Below, one piece after another: positions 1-14,699 of a stretch of 64,000 nucleotides of DNA. Source of the stretch: Octopus vulgaris. Taxonomy: Eukaryota. The translations under genes and the position numbers were made by a program. Below the pieces are notes generated by a model. The model did no database searches, was not told where the DNA came from, and was given only the letters and a program-made list of their open reading frames with translations. The DNA lies in contig OX597820.1 in assembly GCA_951406725.2 (NCBI GenBank), positions 113,894,001-113,958,000 of the forward strand, in the 5' to 3' direction. Every line of letters starts with the position of its first letter. Within the stretch, counting starts at the first letter, position 1.

Positions 1-2960
1 CAGTGGGACGCAGGGTTGCTCTTAAATACAGAGACCCTCCTGGGTGAAGAATGTATGCCTCAGCATAGGCTAGTCATTAGTGACTTTAGACTTGAGGCCA
101 GAAGGATACCAAGAAGCAGACCAATCCAGAAAAGAAGGATTTGGAAGCTAGAGAACCCTTCACATGGTCAGAGATTTAGGGACATCCTCATCAAGAAATT
201 TGATAAAAGGGAGGAAGAGCTACAGACGTCGGACATAGAAAGTAGCTGGAAATTCCTACGGGACAGCTTGCTGAGTGCCACAGACCAAGTCTGTGGATGG
301 TGCAAAGTCCCTTCAAGACCTAGAGTTACGTGGTGGTGGAATAGTACAGTAGACAAAGCCATTAGAGCAAAGAAACAGGCCTGAAAAGCCTGGAGGGACG
401 GGGGTAGCAGGGAACTGTACCAGGTAGCCAAAAGGGAGGGTGGGCGGCAGGTATACATAGCCAAGGGTGAAGCAGAGAAGAACTTTGCTAATGTCCAGCG
501 ACGTGAGGACCAAAGAACTGAGGTATTTCGGATTGAAAGACAGTGTGTGAGAGAAAATTGTGATGTCACAGGAGAGAAATGCGTCCGCATGGATGATGGT
601 GCACTTGCTTTCAGTGATTCTGAAAAGAAAGAAGCTTGGAGAAGCCATTATGAGAGACTGCTGAATGTGGAGAATGAATGGGAGGAGGAGAGCCTGCCAA
701 ATGTTGACCCAGTAGAGGTACCAGCTATCCCAATAGACAGCTCCCTAGTAGTTAAAGCATTTAAGGGTATGAAGCCAGGAAAAGCCCCCTGCCTATCAGG
801 AATCACTGCTGAGATGCTTAAAACAGCTGGTTGTGTGGGCTATGGCCTAGTCACCTGCATTGTAAACCAGGTAGTTCATAATGGAGTCATACCCAATGAC
901 TGGCATAGCAGCACCATAGTCAACTGCTACAAGGGTGATGCTCTAGATAGAAATAACTACAGGGGTATTAAACTGTTAGATCAGGTGATGAAGGTCACAG
1001 AGATGGTCATAGCTCATCTCATTAGGGAGAGAGTTTGCTTAGATGAGATGCAGTTCGGTTTTGTGCCGGGTAGAAGCACCACTGATGCCATATTCCTGGT
1101 TCGACAACTGTAGGAGAAATACCTAGCTAAAGATAAACCCCTCTACATGGCTTTCGTGGACTTGGAGAAAGCCTTTGACAGGGTCCCCCGATCCCTTATC
1201 TGGTGGGCGATGCAGAAACTGGAGATTGACAAATGGTTAATAAGGGCTGTACAGGCCCTATACAGAGAGGCCAGCAAGGTTAGGATTGGCAATGAGTATA
1301 GTGAAGAATTCCGGGTAGAAGTAGGGGTCCACCAAGGTTCAGCCCTCAGTCCCCTTTTATTCATCATAGTCCTCCAGGCAATAACAGAGGAACTCAGGAT
1401 GGGTTGCCCCTGGGAGCTCCTCTATGCTGATGACCTGGCCCTCATAGCAGAATCACTACCAGAACTAGAAAAGAAATTTCGGGTGTGGAAGCTAGGTTTA
1501 GAATCAAAAGGCCTTAGAGTCAATGTGGCAAAGACCAAAGTTCTAGTAAGTAGGAAGGCAAACACACCACACACCACTTCAGGTAGGTGACCCTGCTCGA
1601 TCTGTAGAAAAGGTGTAGGTAGAAACTCCATAAGATGTACCCAGTGTAAGCTATGGACACATAAGAGGTGCAGCACCATCAAAGGAAAATTAACCGAGAG
1701 GATAGCTTTTGTGTGCGGCAGATGCACAGGTGCAATAGACACCACAGATACTCAGAAAACAGATTCCATTACACTCCTAGAGGAAAAACTAGAAGTAGTT
1801 GATAGCTTCCGCTACCTAGGTAACCAAGTTAGTAGTGGGGGTGGATGCTCAGAGAGTGTTACCTCTAGAATAAGAATAACCTGGGCAAAGTTCAGAAAGC
1901 TCCTACCCCTACTGGTGACAAAGGGTCTCTCGCTCAGAGTGAAAGGTAGATTGTACGACACATGTGTGCAAACTGCCATGCTTCACGTTAGTGAAACATG
2001 GGCTGTGACTACAGAGGACACGCATAGGCTTGAAAGAAATTAAGCTAGCATGATCAGCTGGATGTGTAATGTCAGTGTGCATACTCGACAGAGTGTAAAT
2101 GCCCTGAGAGAACTGTTAGACATAAGAAGCATCAGATGTGGTGTGCAAGAGAGACATTTGCGCTGGTATGGTCATGTACTACGGATGGATGAGGAGAGAT
2201 ATGTGAAGAAGTGCCACTCCCAAACAGTTGAAGGAATCCGGAGTAGAGGTAGACCCAGGAAGACATGGGATGAGGTGGTCAAGCATGACCTTCGAACATT
2301 GGGTCTCACAGAGGCAATGACGGAAGACCGAGACCTCTGGAGATATGCTGTGACTGCAAAGACCTGACAAATAATGTGAGTTCATGGCTGTTTCCTGCAC
2401 CAGCTTCACATAGAAGCCCCAACCCTTCCAAAGTGCCTTGGATCGTAGGGCGACCTGCTGTGCTTGAGACCTATTGAGTTAAGTACGTCAGCATCAAAAA
2501 TCATATGGAAATGGTGGTTGCAATACCTGTGCCGGTGGTATGTAGAATGCACCATCCGTTCGTGGCCGATGCCAGTGCCGCCTTGACTGACGTCCATGCC
2601 GGTGGTACATAAAGAGCACCAACCGATCATGGCCGATGCCAGCCTACCCTGTCACCTGTGCTGGTGGCACGTAAAAAGCACCATCCGTGCGTGGTTGATG
2701 CCAGCTCTGCCTTGACTGGCTTCCATGCCGGTGGCACATAAAAAGCACCAACTGATCATGGCCGATGCCAGCCTCCGGTGGCACGTAAGAAGCACCCACT
2801 ACAGTCACGGATTGGTTGGCGTTAGGAAGGGCATCAAGCAGTAGAAACACTGCCAGATCAGACCGGAGCCTGGTGCAGCCTCCTGGCTTCCCAGACCCCG
2901 GTCGTACCGTCCAACCCATGCTGGCATGGAAAAACAGACGTTAAACGATGATGGTGATGA
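1..2960 (+). mobile_element. RTE-clade LINE, degenerate (APE C-terminus, RT, PHD insert, modular 3' tail)
   Basis: ORF pieces: PQHRLV (APE end), NYRGIKLL, QFGF.PGRST.DA, AFVDLEKAFD, GVHQGS.LSP, LYADD, FRYLG, RGRPRKTW. Interrupted by stops; ends in (GAT)n. Starts before the window. Confidence 0.95.
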
Positions 2961-2974
2961 TATATATAATCTCG

Positions 2975-3610
2975 TGGCCTATGCCAGGGGCGTTACCAGC
3001 CCACTTATGTGTACCTTTTCTTTCTTGGACACTAAAACTCTGCTTGCGAAGACCTGTTGAGGCAAGTGAAATCAAAAATAAAATTCGATGACTGGCGTCT
3101 GTGCTAGTGGGGTGCAAAGAGCACCATACAAGTGTGATCATTGATAGAGCAGCTAACCGGCTTCCATGCCAGTGGCACTTAAAAGGCACCATTCAAGTGT
3201 GATCGTTACCAACGTTGCCTTACTGGCACTCGAGCCCCGTGCTAGTAGGGTATTAAGAGCACCATCCGAGCATGATCGTTGCCAGAGCGGCTATCTGGCC
3301 TCTGTGCCAGTGGCACATAAAAGGGCACCATTCGAGCGTGATCATTACCAGCATCGCCTTACTGGCACCTGTGCTGGTGGCATGTGTAACAAGATTCAAG
3401 CGAGGTCATTGCCAGTACCATCATTGCATGTAAAAAGCACCCACTACACTCTTGGAGTGGTTGGCGTTAGGAAGGGCATCCAGCTGTAGAAACTCTGCCA
3501 AATCAAGATTGGAGCCTGGTGCAGCCATCTGGTTCGCCAGCCCTCAGTCAAAATCGTCCAATCCATACTAGCATGGGAAGCGGATGTTAAACGATGATGA
3601 TGATGATGAA
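2975..3610 (+). mobile_element. RTE 3'-tail / RTE-tailed non-autonomous element
   Basis: Repeated gccagtggcac..aaaagcacc units, then ggttggcgttaggaagggcatccagctgtagaaac and a (GAT)n end, like the LINE tail upstream. Confidence 0.8.
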
Positions 3611-5759
3611 AAGCGGGAGAAAAGTAGACAAAGGAACAAAAATAGTGGAATCCTAATTTCCTTACAAATTTGAATGTTATTTTTTAAAATATCACTTATC
3701 CAAAAATGTAGGTTGCATTCATCATCATCATCATCATCAAGGTAGCATTTCATCTATTTATACTGGTTTTAAAAGATGGTGAAATATATGCTATGATGCA
3801 ATCTATGAATACATCGATAAAATTCCACTGAAATAGCTGTCATAAATTTTAAACCCCATTTAAGTTCCTTTTTTTTTTGTCTTTCACCTAGAACCCATCC
3901 TGAATCAGAATAATGGTTTAATTTGGATTTGGCACTTACATATCTACAAACACCTGATACCTTCGTGGTTGTTTTACCTCACTGTGAATCCTATGCTATT
4001 TCTGGCACCCTACATGTCAATTTCTGATATCCTGTCTGTCAATTTTAGTAGGTTTTCTATAACTGGATGCCCTTCCTAATGCCAACCATATTACAGTGTG
4101 TACTGCTTACTCTTTTCATCTCACCAGCACTAGTGAGTCTGCCAAGTAAGTTTCAAGACAGGACAGAGAAAATCCACCCCCCTGACTAAGTAGGAGGGAG
4201 GGAGGTCTTAGGAAGTGGGAAGTTGCTTTATGCTAGGTACTGTGAGGCTATTCTCAACTGGTGTCCATATGGCTCTAGGCTGTCCATATAAAATTTTGTT
4301 AAAATTTATGTGCAATAAATTGTTTATACTTCATCATCATCATTTAACGTCCATTGTCCATGCTGGCATGGGTTGGACAGTTTGGCCAGGGCTGGTAAGC
4401 TGGAAGGCTGCACTAGACTCCAGTCAGATTTGGTATGGTTTTCTACAGCTGGATGCCCTTCCTAATGCCAACCACTCTGAGAGTGTAATGGGTGCTCTTT
4501 GCATGACATGAGACAGTAAACAAAATATTTTAATAATTTTTATACAATTTCTAGCAATATTTAATTATAAAGATACAGTAAGTTTTGTTTATATACATCA
4601 AATGGCTATGGTAGTCAAGTAGAGTAAAATCGGAATCACAGGGGTCCATAGGCAAAAAATGGTTGAGATCCACTGGGCTAGAGACTGAAGAAGGTACATG
4701 AACAGGTTCCTTGCTATAGAAGAGATACATGGAAATAAGGGTACATAGTAGTATTTGAGAAGATGACGAAGCAGGCTGGTAGTGGTGATGTGGCACAGAA
4801 AACAGTTGATGTTGAGCATAAGAGGGGATATAGTCAGTGGATTGATGAGAGGATAGGAAAAGATGGGTAGTCTCATAAGAATGTGAGAAGAGAGTATCAT
4901 GATGGGCAGAGATGGATGTATGAAATGATGTACAAGAGTGGAGATGCAAGTGGAGAGAAATATTGGATGTGGAAGAGACAGCAGTGACTTAGAAAGGAGG
5001 GAAGATGATAATCAGGTAACAGGATGGTCTGTAAAGTGTAAGAGCAATAGAGATCATCATCATCATCTTTTAACATATGTTTTCCATGCTGGCATGGGTT
5101 GGACAGCTTCACAAAACCCGGTAAGGCCAAGGGCCACACCAGGGCCTATAGTCTGTTTTGGCTTGGTTTCTACCAATAGCTTTCCTAACAGCAATCACAC
5201 CACATAGTGTACCGAGTGCTTTTTATATGGCACTCAGAGGAATGCCTTCAAGGGGCACCGGCACCCACACTAGTGCTTATTCTGTGACACTCTGGTCTTA
5301 GGGTCTCAATTCTGTTGGGGTTTCCTCAAATAAAGCAATGTACCAAAATGTCAATCAAGTCAACAAAAAGAAAAACAAACACACAAAAGTAATTATAGTC
5401 TTGAATTTATTCTTTCTTTTAGTATATCTTTTTTTTTTTATATATATATTTCTCAATATTCTCATTTTCTTTTCTCTCTGCATAAGATCACCAATGTTGT
5501 TTCAGGCTCAGAAAACTCCTATCCCTATACACCACCCACCCGCCTCCCGCCATCTTAAGTCAACAAATATCACCATATTGCTTAAAACACAACATTCCCC
5601 TACACACTTAGATGCATCTGTATATGCATGTATCTTCCTCTGTGTGTTTGTCTATATGTGCATATGCGTGAGGGAACACACTGGGAATTCATAGACACAG
5701 AAAAACAAAAAAAAACATTATGTTGATTCACATATGTCTATATACATCAAACCTCAGTG

Positions 5760-5783
5760 TGTATGAGATTCATGTATACATCT

Positions 5784-5827
<44 letters not shown>

Positions 5828-5976
5828 CGTACATATAAATACATAAATACACATATGTATACATATATATACATATAAAGAAATATACACTCATATATAA
5901 ACACATACATAAATGTATATATACATACAAATACATATATAAAGATACACACATACATATATATATAGACATACAC

Positions 5977-6021
<45 letters not shown>

Positions 6022-6026
6022 CATAC

Positions 6027-6073
<47 letters not shown>

Positions 6074-6637
6074 CATGCATATATATACATACACACACAC
6101 ATATATATACATACACATATATACATACACGTATATATATATACACATATAGATACATATATACATACATATATATACATAGATATATACACTTATAGAT
6201 ACATATATACATACATATAAAATTATAATTAATAATAATTAGCTATGAGGTTTTTATTCCCATGCTAGCCATTTGATATGATCGGTATTTTTAAATAACA
6301 ATCTTATCTTTATTTATATAAACATACATATATATATATATACATACACATTATATACACATATATGTCTATGTACATATATACTTATATATGTCTATGT
6401 ACATATATACACATATATATAAACACATACAAACACACATACACACACATATATATATATATATATACATACATACATAGATATATACATATATACATAC
6501 ATATATATATACATATATACAGACATATATATACATACATATATGTACATACATACACTACAAATATATACATATATACATATATACATACACATACATA
6601 TACATATATATATATACATACATATACATATATATAC

Positions 6638-6670
<33 letters not shown>

Positions 6671-6984
6671 CACACATATATATATACACACATATATATA
6701 CACACATATATATACACACGTATATATATACACACATATATATACACACACATATACACACACATATATACACACATATATATATACACACATATATATA
6801 CACACATATATACACACATATATATATACACACATATATATACACACATATATACACACATATATATACACACATATATATACATATACACATATATATA
6901 TATATACACACAAATATACACATATATATATATACATATATATATACACATATATATACACGTATATATATATATACACGTATA

Positions 6985-7083
<99 letters not shown>

Positions 7084-7192
7084 TTGTGTGTGTGTGTGTG
7101 TACGTATATATATATATATACACACACACATATATATATGTATATACCATATATTACGTTTTTTATACATATATACACACACACAGGTATAT

Positions 7193-7231
<39 letters not shown>

Positions 7232-7241
7232 TGTATATAAA

Positions 7242-7279
<38 letters not shown>

Positions 7280-7360
7280 TTTATATACATACATACATAT
7301 ACTTGTATATACCTGTGTGTTTGTATATATGTATATATATTTTTTGTATATACCTACGTA
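5760..7360. repeat. Compound (TA)/(CA)/(TACA) microsatellite, probably in the DNAJC25 3'UTR or flank
   Basis: Alternating purine-pyrimidine low-complexity tract. Minus-strand AATAAA candidates near 6253, 6309 and 5406. Confidence 0.95.
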
Positions 7361-7686
7361 CATCTGTCTAATTTTGTATCTTTAATATACTAGCCCTTCC
7401 CATGAAATTCATTTAACCTTCATGTGGTGTTGCCCTGCCCAATTTCATACATCCTTCAACCACCACACATTCTATTTCAATCAATCCCTTTCTTTATACA
7501 ACCCTGTCTTATTTCAAGGGGCGAGTGTCTCCCTCCTTATTTCTATGCTGCTCTTCTCTGCTTTGTTATTTCTACTATAAATATTCCCAGGCTTATTCTT
7601 ATCCCTTTTGCACTCCAGAACACCACAAATGCCCTGCCTAGACATAGCTGTTCTCTACAGCGTCAAGTCATCAACACACACCCTAT

Positions 7687-7809
7687 CTATTCTGGCCCGA
7701 AAACTATCTGTCCAGCACCTCCCTTACGCATGTACCTTCGATAACTTTTATATTTTGCACTCACAGCCAGCCTTGCTTTCAGTTCTTCCTCTTGTTTCTC
7801 TTTCCACGC
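7687..7809 (-). CDS. DNAJC25: DNAJC25 homolog, exon 11 (last coding exon)
   Basis: tttcAG|AWKEKQEEELKARLAVSAKYKSYRRYMRKGGAGQIVFGPE*; matches the family C-terminus (EEELK.....K.YRR.M...G.G...F). TAG at 7687-7689. Exons sum to 1041 nt, in frame. Confidence 0.94.
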   Translation of the reverse strand, partial: AWKEKQEEELKARLAVSAKYKSYRRYMRKGGAGQIVFGPE

Positions 7810-9009
7810 CTGAAATTGGAGAGAATAAATATTGGGTTAATGATGTATTAATTGCTATAGCATGACCCTAAATACACTCATCAGAAAAGCAGGGTTTAGG
7901 ATCAGTAATACATGTTTTATTGGAATGAAACTTGGATCGAGAGTTAGAATGGGCCCTTCAACTTAAGGTTGGAATAAGGGTGCCATACCTCCATTATTAA
8001 AATGATAATTAATGTTTGTAGTATATATATCATTGGTGTGAAAGTAAGACTAGTGGCTAACCAAAGCCTTGAGTGGATTTGGTGTATGGAAATTCAAAGA
8101 AGCCATATAAAAAAAGAGATTTCTATACCATATATTAAGTTTTTTTTAATTCAATTCCAGAGGGAACTCTCTCCAATATTTAGTACCAAATGCCCACCAA
8201 AAAAAAAAAAAATATACATAAAATTTCAGTGATTATTGGATTGTGTTATGTCCCTTTGAAGTGGCATATTTTTCTCTCTCTTATATTTTTCTAAAAACAT
8301 CAAGTAATTTTAAACTTATTAATTTTGGAGATAATTAAAAGCAAGTGAGAATTAATCTTCAAAAGAGACATTTCTAAAATGAAGTTTGGCACAAGACCAC
8401 CAGTTTTGAAGAGGAGAGCTACGTCAATTACTTGACTGGTACTTATTTTATCAACCTCAAAAGGATGAAAGGCAAAGTCGACTTTGGAAGAATTTGAATT
8501 CAGAGTGTAAAGCCAGAAGAAATACCACAAAGCATTTTGTCCAGTCTGCTAATGATTCTACCTGCTCACTGCCTTAATACTAACTTTTAGTGATAAACTG
8601 TCACATCATCATCATCATCATCATCAACATTCAATGTGTGTTTTCCATGCTAGCATGGTTTGGGTGACTTGACAGGAACTGGCAATGCAAGGAGCCATGC
8701 CAGGTTCTATAGTCTGTTTTAGCTTGATTTCTACACCTTGATGCCACCCTTCTTAATGCCAACCACTCCACAGAGTGTACGGGTGCTTTTTACGTGATAC
8801 CTTGGTTTTAGAATCACAATTCTGTTGTGGTGAGCAGGTCTTCTTGAGTATAGCAATGCACCACATATTTCCAACAGAGAGTAATGTATGTGCTAACTTA
8901 CTATCAACAGAGTGACAATCAGAATTATATGACAGTGTTGACAGCTTTAGAATTTAGTAACTTTAAGAAATATGTGAAAAAATTGTATTTTGGAATTAGT
9001 AATTAGTAG

Positions 9010-11762
9010 TTAGTAGTTAGCGACTTCAGGATCAGGGCCAAATGGCTGCCCAGAAGAAGACCAGCTCGGAGGAGAAGGGTCTGGAAACTTAAAGATCATG
9101 CAAATGGACGGAATAGCTTTCAACGAAATAGAAGGGGATATAGCTTCACATAATGTGAAAGACAACTGGAGGTTTCTATGGGACAATCTGCTGAGAGCCA
9201 CTGACCAGATCTGTGGATGGAGCAAAGTCCCATCTCCTCCCAGAGTAACGTTGTGGTGGAACAATGTTGTAGACAGGGCTATTAGAGACAAGAAACAGGC
9301 TTGGAAGGACTGGAAGAATGGCGGTAACAGGGTTTTGTTTCAGACTGCGAAAAGAGAAGCTAGGAGACAGAGGGGAAGCAGATAAGAAAAAATTTGCCAA
9401 TGTTCTGCACCGTGAGGACCAAAGACTTGAAGTATTTTGTGCTGCAAGACAGTGTGTGAGAGAGAATCATGATGTGGTAGGAGAGAAATGTGTTCGCATG
9501 GATGATGGTTCACTTGCGCTAAATGAGGATGGAAAGAGAGAGGTTTGGAGATGCCACTATGAAAGGTTGCTGAATAAAGAAAATGAATGGGATAAAGAGA
9601 GTCTGCCGAATGTCGACCCAACAGAGGGACCAGCTATCCGAGTTGACAGTTCCTTGGTAGTTAAGGCAATTAGAAGCATGAAGACAGAGAAAGCCCCCAG
9701 GCCCATCAGGAATTACTGCAGAGATGCTCAAAATATCTGGCAGTGTTGACTATAACCTAGTCACCCGTATAGTTAACCAGGTGATACACGAAGGAGTCAT
9801 ACCCAATGACTGGTCTAGTAGCATAATAGTCAACTGCTACAAAGGTAAAGGTGACGCCCTAGATACAAGTAATTACAGAGGTATCAAGCTGTTAGATCAG
9901 GTAATGAAGGTTACGGAAAGGGTCATAGCCCAACTGATTAGGGAGAGAGTCAACCTGGACGAGATGCAGTTCGGTTTCATGCCAGGGAAAAGCACCACTG
10001 ATGTCATATTTCTGGTGAGACAGCTGCAGGAAAAATACCTAGACAAAGATAAACCTTTGCACCTTGCTTTCGTTGACTTGGAGAAAGCCTTTGACAGGGT
10101 CCCCCGATCCCGTATCTGGTGGTCAATGAGGAAACTAGGGATAGATGAATGGTTAGTGAGAGCTGAAGAATTCCAGGTAGAGGTTGGGGTCCACCAAGGC
10201 TCAGTCCTCAGCCCCCTCCTATTTATCATAGTCCTCCAGGCAATAACAGAGGAATTCAAGACAGGATGCCCCTGGGAGCTCCTCTATGCTGATGACCTTG
10301 CTCTAATTGCTGAGTCACTATCAGAACTGGAGGAGAAGTTTCAGACGTGGAAGCAAGGATTAGAAGGGCCTTAGAGTCAACCTAGCTAAAACCAAAGTCC
10401 TAATAAGTAGGAAGGTAGACAAATCGCAAACGCCTTCAGGTAGATGGCCCTGCTCGATCTGTAGAAAAGGCATAGGTAGGAACTGTATAAGATGCACCAA
10501 GTGTAAGCTATGGACACATAAGAGGTGCAGCAATGTCAAAGGAAGGCTAACTAGGAAGATAGTTTTTGTATGTAGCAGATGCTCTGGTGCAATAAACACT
10601 GAAAATGCGCAGAGACCATCTTCCGCCACATTCCAGGGAGAAAAACTAGAAATAATTGATAGTTTCCGTTACCTAGGTGACCAAGTCAGTAGCAGGAGTG
10701 GGTGTGCTGAAAGTGTAACTGCTAGAGTAAGAATAGCCTGGACAAAGTTCAGAGAGCTCTTACCTCTGCTGGTGACAAAAGGCCTCTTGCTCAGAGTAAA
10801 GGTAGACTGTATGACGCATGTGTACGAACAGCCATGTTACATGGCAGTGAAACATGGGCCGTGATTGCTGAGGATATGCGTAAGCTCACAAGAAATGAAG
10901 CCAGTATGCTCCGATGGATGTGTAATGTCAGTGTTCATACCCAACAGAGTGTAAGTGCCTTGAGAGAAAAGTTGGACCTAAGAAGCATCAGATGTGGTGT
11001 GCAAGAGAGACGTCTACGCTGGTATGGACACGTTGTAAGAATGGATGAAGATAGTTGTGTGAAAAAGTGCCACACCCTAGCGGTTGAGGGAACCTGTGGA
11101 AGTGGTAGACCCAGGAAAACCTGGGACGAGGTGGTGAAGCACGACCTTCACTCTTTAGGTCTCACCGAGGAAATGACCAGAGACCGAGACCTTTGGAAGC
11201 ATGCAGTGCGTGAGAAGACCCGGCTGGACAAGTGAGGACATAACCCGTGGCCTCTACCTGGTACGTAGTCAGTCCACCTGTGCATACCTTCCTTCTTGGG
11301 ACACATAACTCTACTTGTGAAGACCTGTTGAGGCAAGTGAAAATCAAAATCAAAATCGATCAACATCAATGGAATTTGTAGTTGTGATACCAGTGCCGGT
11401 GGCACGTAAGAGAACCATCCGAACGTGGCCATAGCCAGCGCCGCATCGACTGGCCTCCGTGCCAGTGGCACGTAACAAACACCATCCGATCATGGCCGTT
11501 GCCAGCCTCGCCTGGCCTCTGTGCCGGTGGCACGTAAAAAGCACCATCCGAGCGTGGCCGTTCACCAGCCTTGTCTGGCCCTGCGTCGGTGGCACGTAAA
11601 AAGCACTCACTACACTCATGGAGTGGTTGGCATTAGGAAGGGCATCCAGCTGTAGAAACACTGCCAGATCTGACTGGCCTGGTGCAGCCTTCGGGCTTCC
11701 CAGATCCCAAATGAGCCGTCCAACCCATGCTAGCATGGAAAGCAGACGTTAAACGATGATGA
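9010..11762 (+). mobile_element. RTE-clade LINE, 5'-truncated, in DNAJC25 intron 10 (antisense to gene)
   Basis: Same family as 1..2960: RT motifs (YADD), PHD insert, frameshifts, an internal deletion near 10165, 4-unit 3' tail and GAT repeats. Confidence 0.95.
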
Positions 11763-11885
11763 CAAAAGCAGATAAAGCTACATATAATATCATGAAGCCT
11801 TTCACTTTTTCTGTCCAAAAGCTTTCTTAACCCAATATTTACAGCTTTATCTGCTTCAAGTTTCAGCATTCCAAAACAGAATTTT

Positions 11886-12205
<320 letters not shown>

Positions 12206-12269
12206 AAGGGAATGGGTAAAGAAAAAGTTCTTTCAAAGACAGAAGAGTGCAATATATATATATATATAT

Positions 12270-12762
12270 AGGATCAGAATCGAAATCGATCAATGGAAAT
12301 TGCGGATGTGCTACCAGTGCCGGTGGCATGTCAAAACTCTGCTTGTGAAGACCTGTTGAGGCAAGTGAGGATCAGAATCGAAATCGATCAATGGAAATTG
12401 CAGATGTGTTACCAGTGCCGGTGGCATGTAAGAGAACTTTCCGTTTCGCGACCGTTGCCAGCACCGCCCCGTTTCGTGTCCGTTGCCAGCCTCGCCTGGC
12501 CCTCGTGCTGGTGGCACATAAAAAGCACCATCCGTTCGTGGCCGTTTGCCAGCTCTGTCTGGCACCAGTGCGGGTGGCACGTAAAAAGCACCCACTACAC
12601 TCACGGAGTGGTTGGCGTTAGGAAGGGCATCCAGCTGTAGAAACACTGCCAGATTTGACTGGGCCTGATGAAGCCTTCTGGCTTCACAGACCCCAGTAGA
12701 ACCGTCCAACCCATGCTAGCATGGAAAACGGACGCTAAACGATGATGATGATGATGATGATG
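12270..12762 (+). mobile_element. RTE 3'-tail fragment with internal ~60-nt tandem duplication
   Basis: RTE tail motifs and (GAT)n; ggatcagaatcgaaatcgatcaatgg.. occurs at 12271 and 12369. Confidence 0.8.
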
Positions 12763-13182
12763 ATATATATATATATCTACACATACACACACGTTTGTAT
12801 ATGCATGCAAGTGTGTATGTGTGAGCACATGTATGTGTTTGTGTGCATGTGTGTCCTTTAGCCAAGGTCTACTCTTAAACCAGTATGTCAAACTGAAGTA
12901 CCTTGTGGTATTTATTCGATGAGAATTACATCCCTTTACACTGGTGGACTTAACCATTCTTTAAAACAAAGATCATTAAATACAATGTACTGAAATTGTT
13001 GGATCTGAGAAAAAATCTTTCAAGAAGCTTCTCTAGCACAGCCGTAATCCAATGCTAGAAACCATTGAAAGTGTAAAAAATTAAGAAAATATGCCACATT
13101 TGTAAAATGGAAAAGTCTACAGTGCATCAAACTGGCAGCACAAAATCCAAAACCAGTTTCCTATGACAAGACAGGAACTTAC

Positions 13183-13248
13183 AGTGAAATTTTTTTTAAT
13201 CCATAATTTCTGCATCAAATAATTTTCCTTGTCATGCTCATCTATAGC
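13183..13248 (-). CDS. DNAJC25: DNAJC25 homolog, exon 10
   Basis: tttcAG|AIDEHDKENYLMQKLWIKKNFT|GTAAGT; LWIK.N motif; 66 nt, phase 0-0. Confidence 0.92.
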
Positions 13249-13255
13249 CTGAAAT

Positions 13256-13308
13256 ATAATAATAATAATAACAACAACAATAATAATAATAATAACAATA
13301 ATAATAAC

Positions 13309-13359
<51 letters not shown>

Positions 13360-13900
13360 TATTACTTCAAATTTTGGAAAAAGGTCAACAATTTTGGGAA
13401 GGGGTAAATCGATTAGTGCTCAACTGGTACTTAATTTATCAACCCCAAAAGAATGAAAGGCAAACTCGACCTCAGTGGAATTTGAACTCAGAATGTAAAG
13501 CTGGATGAAATGCCACTAAGCATTTTGCCTGGCATGCTAAAATAATAATAATAATAATAATAATAATCCTTTCTACTATAGGGACAAGGTTTGAAATTTT
13601 GTGGGAGAGAATGAGATGATTACATCAACCAAAGTTCTCAACTGGTACTTAGTTTATCAAACCTGAAAAGATGAAAAAGTAAAGTCGACCTCAGTGGCAC
13701 TTGAATTCACAAGGCCTGACAGTTTGGAGAGGGAACCAGTTGATTAATGACCCCAGTGTTCAACTAGCAGTTATTTCATCAACCCTGAAAGGATGAGAAG
13801 CAAAGTTGGCCTCAGTAAAATTTGTACTAAAAACAAAGAGCCAGGAGAAATGCTGATAAGCATTTTGTCTGACATGCTAACGATTCTGCCAGCTTTCAGC
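13256..13900 (-). repeat. (AAT)n microsatellite plus cluster of degenerate Nin/Deu-like SINEs
   Basis: (AAT)n at 13256-13340, then three copies of the aactggtactt.atttatc.acc...aaaggatgaaaggcaaagtcgacctc motif. Confidence 0.7.
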
Positions 13901-14699
13901 TTTCTTAATAATAATAATAACAATTTCTTTATTAACCACTAAGGGATTGCATACAGATCAAGGATGGTAGAGAGTAAATCAAACCAATATGATATGATGT
14001 GAGGTTACAAGAAGATATGTCAAGAATTCGTGTAAACACACATCATATTGGTCATAAGTGTTCAATTTGTTGTAGAAAGTACAAACACAAAACAATAAAG
14101 AAGGAATTAACAAGAAAGGAACTCCAAAATGGGGTTAATCACACAGAGTGATTTGGAATACACCACACAAAAACCTGGACTATTATGACACATTAAAAAG
14201 AAGTCCTTCCCCTCAGTTCTTGCAACCAGCTTACAGCCACGTAAGTTGCTCATTTAACCACACTGATTACACCATTCTTAACCATCTTTCATAAAAACAT
14301 ATATTGTTGGGCAGCACCTGCTCCAATCATACCTTTCTCTTAAAGTGGTACCATAAGCTGGTGAGGACACAGAGTGGGTTAATAGATAATCAGATGTATC
14401 CTGCACAGGATAACTGCAGTTCACAGGGTCTGAACTCAAAATGACATGATTCAGAAGCAAGATTTTTAATCACACAGCTATGTGTGTGACACCATCTTAT
14501 GAAAGGACATACTGATTAATGAAGACCCAAGTTCCTTTCAACAGGAAAAGAAAAGGTACTTTGATCATAGATATACTAAACTGGTGTAGATCAGCAATTG
14601 AACAACAACAATCCTCACCAACACATAACCACAACTACCCATGCAGCCAACCATGACCACAACAGCTAAATGTCTAAATTAGAATATTAGACTACTTAC

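Noticed and set aside
2525-2800. Regularly spaced ~25-nt repeats with ~35-nt linkers resembling a CRISPR array
   Set aside because: The linkers resemble each other, the block is a LINE 3'UTR in eukaryotic DNA, and there are no cas genes.
5754-7385. Long Y/I/H/T/C/V-rich ORFs (also at 34 kb, 52 kb, 54-56 kb, 58-59 kb and 61.5-63 kb)
   Set aside because: Translations of TA/CA microsatellites, which lack stop codons by composition.
1-7686. Possible downstream G-protein gamma gene, as in the human DNAJC25-GNG10 read-through
   Set aside because: No G-gamma-like exons seen; the region is RTE sequence and microsatellite.
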